This document shows, piece after piece, positions 58,203 through 64,000 of a stretch of 64,000 nucleotides of DNA (its first letter is position 1; the number at the start of each line of letters is the position of its first letter). This DNA comes from Polyangia bacterium (GTDB lineage Bacteria; Myxococcota_A; Polyangia; JAAYKL01), in contig JBNKCR010000055.1 of the NCBI GenBank assembly GCA_050287845.1, positions 1-64,000 on the forward strand. The letters run 5' to 3'. Below the pieces are notes generated by a model that made no database searches, was not told the origin of the DNA, and was given only the letters and a program-made list of their open reading frames with translations. The position numbers and the translations under genes were made by a program.

Positions 58203-58868
58203 TTAAAGGAGTTGAAGTTGTATCGGTTTTCCGCCCATATACTCGGTGAGTACGGATTGCGCGAATGTCAGAGTTGTTTCAAGCGCCTGTGGAGTACTGG
58301 TACGGGATTGATACAGCAGTACGAGCGCACCCGATACATTCCCGTCGATGGATGTTCGCAGAGAATCCGATGTGGGAGAACCGAACGGTCCCTCGGTGTC
58401 TGCAACACACATTCGCCCCGCCACGTTGACCCGGGCTTTTCTGATTCCATCAAATCCCCAGCCGTCTTCACCAATCTGTATATGCACCGAAATTCCCCGA
58501 ATTTTCGAAACATCGTACAATCCCACCGGGATCAGATATTTCAGACTTACATAATTCAGCAAATCAACCAGGGGGTGAATGCGGTATACCCCTTTTCCCT
58601 TGATACTCCGACGAAGCAGCGCTTCAGAGGAAGGCCGCGTCTTCGTGGGGTCAATGCCAATCGCCCGGTAGAGCGTCCGGGCATTCTGAATGCCGTCAAT
58701 TTCGCCAACGCTGAAATTTGCATACCGTTCGTGCAGGTTGGTGCTGAGTCCGCTGAACAATTCCCAGATGCGATCGCCGTTGTCTGCGGGCATTTCCATT
58801 CCCGCCATTTCGAGAACTCCGATGCGCAGCATTTCGTGTATTTTTTTGTGCACGTCAACCCGGATCAT
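58203..58868 (-). CDS. B3/B4-domain (PheRS beta-related) tRNA-editing-like protein
   Basis: GIDPTKTRPSSEALLRR, IHPLVDLLNYVSL….P.GLYD and D..GPFGSPTSDS.RT. Confidence 0.9.
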   Translation of the reverse strand: MIRVDVHKKIHEMLRIGVLEMAGMEMPADNGDRIWELFSGLSTNLHERYANFSVGEIDGIQNARTLYRAIGIDPTKTRPSSEALLRRSIKGKGVYRIHPLVDLLNYVSLKYLIPVGLYDVSKIRGISVHIQIGEDGWGFDGIRKARVNVAGRMCVADTEGPFGSPTSDSLRTSIDGNVSGALVLLYQSRTSTPQALETTLTFAQSVLTEYMGGKPIQLQLL

Positions 58869-58915
58869 CAGTAGTCTTCCTTCCAAAAAAACGAATGGTC
58901 CAGTCTAATGCTGAA

Positions 58916-59809
58916 TCAGAACAACAGCAATACCACCCCGGTCAATACCCCCAGAAGGGGAATCATTTTTTTCCGTTTGTTCAATTCACCAAGTAATATT
59001 CCGCCCACCACAAAAGACACCACCACGCTCCCCCGGCGTACGATGGACAGAATAGCGATTAACGCATCCGGATGGCTCAACGCCCGAAAGTAGAGAAAAT
59101 CCGCTATGATAAGAAATATCCCAATCAACAGTATGGAATACCGCCACTCGAACTGAATGGGCGTTCTTGCAAAAAGCCGCGATACGCCTAAAACAGTGCC
59201 GTTCACGATTACCAGATAAAATGAAAACCACACCTGCATGGTAATCGGATCGATACCGATATAATGGAGCAGATATTTATCATACAGCGCGCTGATGGCC
59301 CCGGTGAGTGTGGCAATCGCCACCAGCAGCATCCAGATGTTCCTGGAAAATCGGATGCCTTCCAGCTTACCGACCACTGAAAAAATGTAGTACGACACAA
59401 ACGTGATGCCGATAGCGCCCCAATGCAAGGGCTTCAGGGTTTCGCCAAACAACAGCGTCGCACCAATCAACGTCCATAGCGGGGCGGATGCACGAATAGG
59501 CGACACAATGGAGATGGGCAGGTGTTTCAGCGCAAAAAAGGCGGCAATCCACGATGACGACACAAGGAGGGTCTTTCCCAGTATAAACCCGTGTTGCCGG
59601 ACGGAAGGCAAATCCGCCTGAAGCGTCAAATGATGCATGATGTCCGGCGCGAGGAACGATCCGACAAAAACAGGGATTGTCAGCATCAATGCTGCGCAGT
59701 TTGACAGAAACAGCACTGCGAGCACATTGTTGTCCCGGAGCGACAGCTTTTTACAGATATCATATATGCCCAGAAATAACGCCGAGAGTATACCTGGCAA
59801 GATCCACAT
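58916..59809 (-). CDS. EamA/DMT family transporter
   Basis: About ten TM helices in two repeats; LGIYDICKK, ALKHLPISIVSPIRAS and YDKYL. Confidence 0.88.
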   Translation of the reverse strand: MWILPGILSALFLGIYDICKKLSLRDNNVLAVLFLSNCAALMLTIPVFVGSFLAPDIMHHLTLQADLPSVRQHGFILGKTLLVSSSWIAAFFALKHLPISIVSPIRASAPLWTLIGATLLFGETLKPLHWGAIGITFVSYYIFSVVGKLEGIRFSRNIWMLLVAIATLTGAISALYDKYLLHYIGIDPITMQVWFSFYLVIVNGTVLGVSRLFARTPIQFEWRYSILLIGIFLIIADFLYFRALSHPDALIAILSIVRRGSVVVSFVVGGILLGELNKRKKMIPLLGVLTGVVLLLF

Positions 59810-59865
59810 TATCTCTTCAACTTCTTTTGTTTCGGTTTCAGATCAATTGAGGTAGCTCATGAATA

Positions 59866-60711
59866 TCAGGAAGTGCAACGAGATTTGGACGCATCCATCG
59901 TGGATTTGAGCTTTTTGGCTTTCGAGGTGAAGGGGCTGGTTTTATAGCGCTTCATCAGCGTATCCACCAGAATGCGCGCATCTGTGCAGTCGCCAAGATT
60001 AAAAAAAGAATCCGCCATTTCATACAATGCCTCAGGCATGAACTCGCTTTTGGGATACAAATCCGCAAAACGGCGCAGGGCTCCCAGGGCTTTCGCATAC
60101 CGCTTCTGAGCGCTGTACGACTGTCCGATGATCAGCTGCAGCTCGTCCAGGTTTCCCGCTTTGGGATATCTGTCCTGATACACCTTCGCCAGAGACCGGA
60201 CTTCGCCGTATCGCTCGTTACTGAATGAAGTCTTAATCATCCGGAAATGATCTGCGGCCTGCGCCGGCACCCGGGACTCATCCACCGGCATATCCAGGCC
60301 AGCTGCCAGCGCAAACTCCACAACCTTTTTATCCGTTTTTTCAACGGACGACTTCACGTTTTCCAGTTCATGAGTGATTTCTGCCACGGCCCCTCGGGAC
60401 TCACTGATGTCATTTTTCAGTGCTTCCATTTCTGCACCGAAATCAGCTGAATTACGGGCCAGCACACGGGTTGCCTTACTGAGGGTTTCATCGAGACTTT
60501 CGACCTGGGCCTGTGCACGGCTGATCATATTTTCAAGTTCAGTCCTGCTGGCGCCGGATTCCTCTTCAAGCTTTGAAAGGCGATCCTGCAGATGCTGCAC
60601 TTCCTGCTTCAGTTGCTCTCCATCATCTCTTGAAGTGAACAGAAAACACCCGTTCAGAAAGAGCGAAGACGCAATGGTTGCGCCCAGCACTGCAATCACG
60701 CGGAATCTCAC
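59866..60711 (-). CDS. CpoB/YbgF-like lipoprotein (coiled coil + TPR)
   Basis: Lipobox LNGC, a coiled coil, and TPR YPKS…PEALY.MA.SF..LG…AR. It overlaps the stop of the Pal-like gene. Confidence 0.78.
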   Translation of the reverse strand: MRFRVIAVLGATIASSLFLNGCFLFTSRDDGEQLKQEVQHLQDRLSKLEEESGASRTELENMISRAQAQVESLDETLSKATRVLARNSADFGAEMEALKNDISESRGAVAEITHELENVKSSVEKTDKKVVEFALAAGLDMPVDESRVPAQAADHFRMIKTSFSNERYGEVRSLAKVYQDRYPKAGNLDELQLIIGQSYSAQKRYAKALGALRRFADLYPKSEFMPEALYEMADSFFNLGDCTDARILVDTLMKRYKTSPFTSKAKKLKSTMDASKSRCTS

Positions 60712-61448
60712 TTGAAATCTACCCTTCTATCTTTGGCAACGTTCCCGGCGGTGGATTCTTCTTCGCCCTTGGAAACCACTCGCATCTTGGCGCCGTCCAC
60801 GCCCATGGCTTTCATCAGCTTCTGAACCATTCTGGCGCGTCTTTCACCCAGGGCCATATTGTATTCCGTGGTGCCAGCAGCATCGCAGTGACCTTCCAAC
60901 GTAATCTGGCCGGGATCATTTTCCTGCATACAGGCAAAGTTCTGATCGAGAACCGAACGCCCAGCGGAATCCACTTCGGAAGAATCAAACTCGAAGAATA
61001 CTGATTCCAGCAAGCATTGGCTTTCGGGAACCGCTGTGGTGGGCTGAGTGTTTACACACTTATAGTTCACACACGACAGTCCGGCGGGGCATTGATCGTC
61101 ACTCTGACATTCCGCGTCGATACACGCGCCGTCCGCACATACCTGTCCAGCACCGCATTCTTCGTTCTGGGTACACGGGCCACAAGTATTATCCCGGCAT
61201 ACCTGACCAGCGGCACAATCTGCGCTCGTCGCACAGTAGTTCGGAATGTCACGACAGCCGCCGCCTGCACATTCCTGGCCTTGCGGACAATCCTGATCAC
61301 CACGGCACTGTTGACACAGGTTGTTCACACAGAACTCGCCTTCATGACAGTGTTCGTCGGTTTTGCAGTTCGGATAATCGGGCTTGCACCCAATCACCAG
61401 CAGCGCACCAAACACAACAGATAGAATGATTCCCATTTTCTTATTCAT
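60708..61448 (-). CDS. Pal/OmpA-family peptidoglycan-associated lipoprotein with Cys-rich repeats
   Basis: Lipobox VIGC; five C…..C..G..C….C repeats; VFFEFDSS, LEGHCD..GT.EYNMALGERRA and SKGEE…RRVDF. GGAGG RBS before ATG 61448. Confidence 0.88.
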   Translation of the reverse strand: MNKKMGIILSVVFGALLVIGCKPDYPNCKTDEHCHEGEFCVNNLCQQCRGDQDCPQGQECAGGGCRDIPNYCATSADCAAGQVCRDNTCGPCTQNEECGAGQVCADGACIDAECQSDDQCPAGLSCVNYKCVNTQPTTAVPESQCLLESVFFEFDSSEVDSAGRSVLDQNFACMQENDPGQITLEGHCDAAGTTEYNMALGERRARMVQKLMKAMGVDGAKMRVVSKGEEESTAGNVAKDRRVDFK

Positions 61449-61718
61449 GTTTCTTACCTCCATACAGCTCCATGGGTACATATGTTTGCCATTTCATGTC
61501 ATTAGTCGCAACAAATAACAACAAGTTTCAATAGGTTATTTCATGTGATGCAAAAAAATACAACTTCGATGACACTATGTTTTGCGTGATGACCTCCCAT
61601 AAGTGAACAATGTCACAGTGGGGAACTAAAATTGCAATCCCATGAAACGGCATTATGTTACCTACGTAATCAGAAATTTGCGTTGCGGAGAAGTTAAACA
61701 GGAAGAGAGGGTAATTAA

Positions 61719-62087
61719 ATGGCAACAACTGAATTGACATCAAGTAATCTGGAATCCTTAATTAGTGACAGCAACATGCTGTTTATCGATTTTTGGGCCG
61801 AATGGTGTGGTCCCTGCCGGATGTTCGGTCCGACATTTGAAGCTGCATCAGAAAAGAATGAAGATATTATCTTTGCGAAATGCGATACGGAAGCCCAACA
61901 GGAAGTGGCCGGGAAATTTGGCATTCGTTCCATTCCGACGCTCGCCGTGTTCAAAGAAGGCGTGATGATATTTCAACAGCCGGGCGCTCTTCCCCCGGCT
62001 GCGCTGGACGAACTCATTGAAAAAGTGAAAGATCTCGACATGGAGGAAGTGCGCAAGGAAATGGAAGCGCAGAAAAAAGCTCAGTGA
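61719..62087 (+). CDS. trxA: Thioredoxin
   Basis: DFWAEWCGPC and IRSIPTL. Confidence 0.93.
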   Translation: MATTELTSSNLESLISDSNMLFIDFWAEWCGPCRMFGPTFEAASEKNEDIIFAKCDTEAQQEVAGKFGIRSIPTLAVFKEGVMIFQQPGALPPAALDELIEKVKDLDMEEVRKEMEAQKKAQ

Positions 62088-62113
62088 GCGTGAGCGGTGT
62101 CCCCGCCATTCGC

Positions 62114-63520
62114 TCAATCCAACAGTTTCAGCGCCTTTTCCCGCCATCCCCCCTTATAGTACCGAATTGCATACAGACCGGCCATCATACAGAAAAACAC
62201 GATGACTGCTATCCAGGTGCTCAACGGCGACATTGACAGTACATGAAAGCACACGAATGTCACCGCAACCAGTAGCCAGTGAATGGAGACAGACACAATC
62301 ATGTTCCAGAATGTATCCCCCGCCCCCCGCAGTGCACCGCTGAAAACAATAGTGATGGCGTCGGCAAGCAGATAAATGCTGATAAGCTGCACCATATCGA
62401 TCGCCAATGGCTGAATCTGATCCCAGTGCGCACCGGCATCTGCGGGTCTGAACAGATTCACCAGCGGTGTGGGCGACAGAGCGAACAGTCCAATAAGGCC
62501 TGCCACGTAAGTAGTAGCAAGCAACAGACCGGATTTCATGGATTTATGAGCCGTAGCCAAATCCTTTCTGCCGACATATCGGCCAACGAGTGTTGTAACG
62601 CCCACGTTGATTCCCAGCAGGGGGATGAACGCCACCATGTCCCAATTAAACGTAATGGTCACCGCCGAGGCGACTGCCAGCCCCTGACCGTGAAAAATCA
62701 TAATTAACAGCGTGAATCCCAGGAGATTCAAAAACAGTTCAATACCGGAGGGGGTTCCCAGTCTCCACAATTCCTTCATCAGACCGGGATGAAACCGGAA
62801 TCCGGACAACACATCAAACTCCACCTCGTTTTTTTTGCGGAAATAGGATGCCACCAGAACCAGCACACCAACACCGCCCGCGATGTTCGTACCATATGCA
62901 GCACCAACAATGCCCAGTTTCGGCAATCCGAATTTCCCGAAAATCAGCACATAGTTCAGGCCAACGTTGACGGTCATGCTCACGACAGCGGCAAGCATCA
63001 CCAGACGTGTTCGGCCAATTCCGCTGAAAAAATTGGCCAGACTGCTCCTTAGCAGGGGTAATACCGAACCCAGCATAAGGATGCCGAAATAGATGGCCTG
63101 GAGCTCCAGTTCCCGCACATCGACGCCAGAATACGCAAAGAGCTTCTTTCCGGGTGCAATAAGCAGTAGAAGAACGGGATATGCCAACAGCGCCACAATC
63201 CCGCCCTGGGTTGCCACCGCGGCACACAGCTCCTTCTTTCCCGCGCCATATCGTTGCGCTACCATTGCCGTGGTGTAACCGATAAGCCCAACGAAGAAAG
63301 TGGAAAACATGAATGCGGACAACCCGCCGGCCATGGCGGCACTCATGTGTTCTCCGCCCAGTCGGGAAAGAAACAGACGATCCGTAAACAGCATCACCGT
63401 ATCGCAGGTGTATGAAACTATCAGGGGCGCTGCAATTCGCAACAGTTCGAGAGCCCCCCCCTCATTCGCCCCTGCGTTCAGTCTTGACTCGCTATGCATA
63501 AATACCTGTCGGATATTCAA
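62114..63520 (-). CDS. MATE-family efflux transporter
   Basis: About twelve TM helices; D.LFLSRLG, LNYVLIFGKFGLP.LGI.GAA and GALRGAGDT. The start may be a few codons downstream. Confidence 0.92.
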   Translation of the reverse strand: MNIRQVFMHSESRLNAGANEGGALELLRIAAPLIVSYTCDTVMLFTDRLFLSRLGGEHMSAAMAGGLSAFMFSTFFVGLIGYTTAMVAQRYGAGKKELCAAVATQGGIVALLAYPVLLLLIAPGKKLFAYSGVDVRELELQAIYFGILMLGSVLPLLRSSLANFFSGIGRTRLVMLAAVVSMTVNVGLNYVLIFGKFGLPKLGIVGAAYGTNIAGGVGVLVLVASYFRKKNEVEFDVLSGFRFHPGLMKELWRLGTPSGIELFLNLLGFTLLIMIFHGQGLAVASAVTITFNWDMVAFIPLLGINVGVTTLVGRYVGRKDLATAHKSMKSGLLLATTYVAGLIGLFALSPTPLVNLFRPADAGAHWDQIQPLAIDMVQLISIYLLADAITIVFSGALRGAGDTFWNMIVSVSIHWLLVAVTFVCFHVLSMSPLSTWIAVIVFFCMMAGLYAIRYYKGGWREKALKLLD

Positions 63521-63689
63521 TTTATGGCTATGGATGGACGACTTCTGTTCGCGTCCAGATTCGTCTCAACGGGAACCACGGAAAATGTTGCCGAGTGGTC
63601 AACATAAGACGATGAGGTCCCTATCGCATGAAAAAAAGGATTTCGTAAAGCTTTTTGGAAAAATCAATGATTTCATATAATACATAATC

Positions 63690-63704
63690 TGGCACATACA
63701 TTCC
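63690..63704 (+). promoter_or_regulatory. Possible sigma-54-like promoter with an imperfect -12 element
   Basis: TGGCAC-ATACA-TTCC, preceded by an AT-rich IHF-like AATCAATGATTT. The -12 GC is CC here. Confidence 0.3.
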
Positions 63705-63800
63705 GTTTATTGTACTTATATCTGTCAACCGTGGTGTTCAGGTTGACTTCGCCAAATGATTCTTTTCAAGAATGACCAGCTGTGATACCTAGCGACGACG

Positions 63801-64000
63801 ATGAAACCGATTAGCGCACTGATAAAATTGGCCAGACCTGCTCAATGGGTAAAAAACATTTTTGTTTTCACCGCTCTGATTTTCTCCGGATTGGTTGGCA
63901 ACCCCGTTGCTGTCCTTGATGCAATCATTGCCTTCGGCACTTTTTCATTGGTATCCAGTGCAGTATATTATCTGAATGATTTCATGGACATAGAGGAAGA
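63801..64000 (+). CDS. UbiA-family (decaprenyl-phosphate phosphoribosyltransferase-like) gene, 5' part, running off the window
   Basis: MKPISALIKLARPAQWVKNIFVFTALIFSG…FSLVSSAVYYLNDFMDIEE, carrying the RP.QW.KN and Y..ND..D motifs. Confidence 0.88.
   Translation, partial: MKPISALIKLARPAQWVKNIFVFTALIFSGLVGNPVAVLDAIIAFGTFSLVSSAVYYLNDFMDIEE

Noticed and set aside
1..64000. tRNA, rRNA, prophage, integrase or defence-system genes
   Set aside because: None were recognised by eye. tRNAscan-SE, Infernal and DefenseFinder would be needed to exclude divergent cases.

Overview
A bacterial window, most likely from an uncultured Myxococcota/deltaproteobacterial lineage. This is inferred from myxobacterial Cys-rich repeats, a fibro-slime domain, a TPR-PEGA protein, a MYXO-CTERM-like tail and many (DT/DS)n-linker lipoproteins. 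I found no rRNA, tRNA or CRISPR array. The left end has the 3' tail of a probable Y1/RAYT-like transposase and a nested short-repeat tract that cuts off a decayed arylsulfotransferase gene. Housekeeping and signalling genes follow (guaA, mce, ECF sigma factors, pepT, a Ser/Thr kinase), together with a phytoene-desaturase-like/FNR fusion and a Met-rich spondin lipoprotein-ECF-NrsF-like operon. From about 27 to 54 kb is a xylan/hemicellulose utilisation region with no SusC/SusD. It holds lipoprotein or tail-anchored GH30_8, GH43-CBM6, GH95, GH62, GH10 and GH12-like enzymes on acidic linkers, a xylFGH-type ABC transporter and an unassigned porin-like protein. The right end holds an LNR-repeat lipoprotein, PilZ, IscA, B3/4, EamA, CpoB/Pal, trxA, MATE and the start of a UbiA-family gene. 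The most notable observations are: a 32-aa six-Cys module shared by two unrelated xylanases; a GH12-like domain apparently lacking its nucleophile; a (MDTS)12 Met-rich lipoprotein under a probable ECF/NrsF redox switch; and a second copy of that roughly 3.1-kb operon collapsed into about 615 bp of colinear fragments. All family calls come from motifs recognised by eye; no database search was run.
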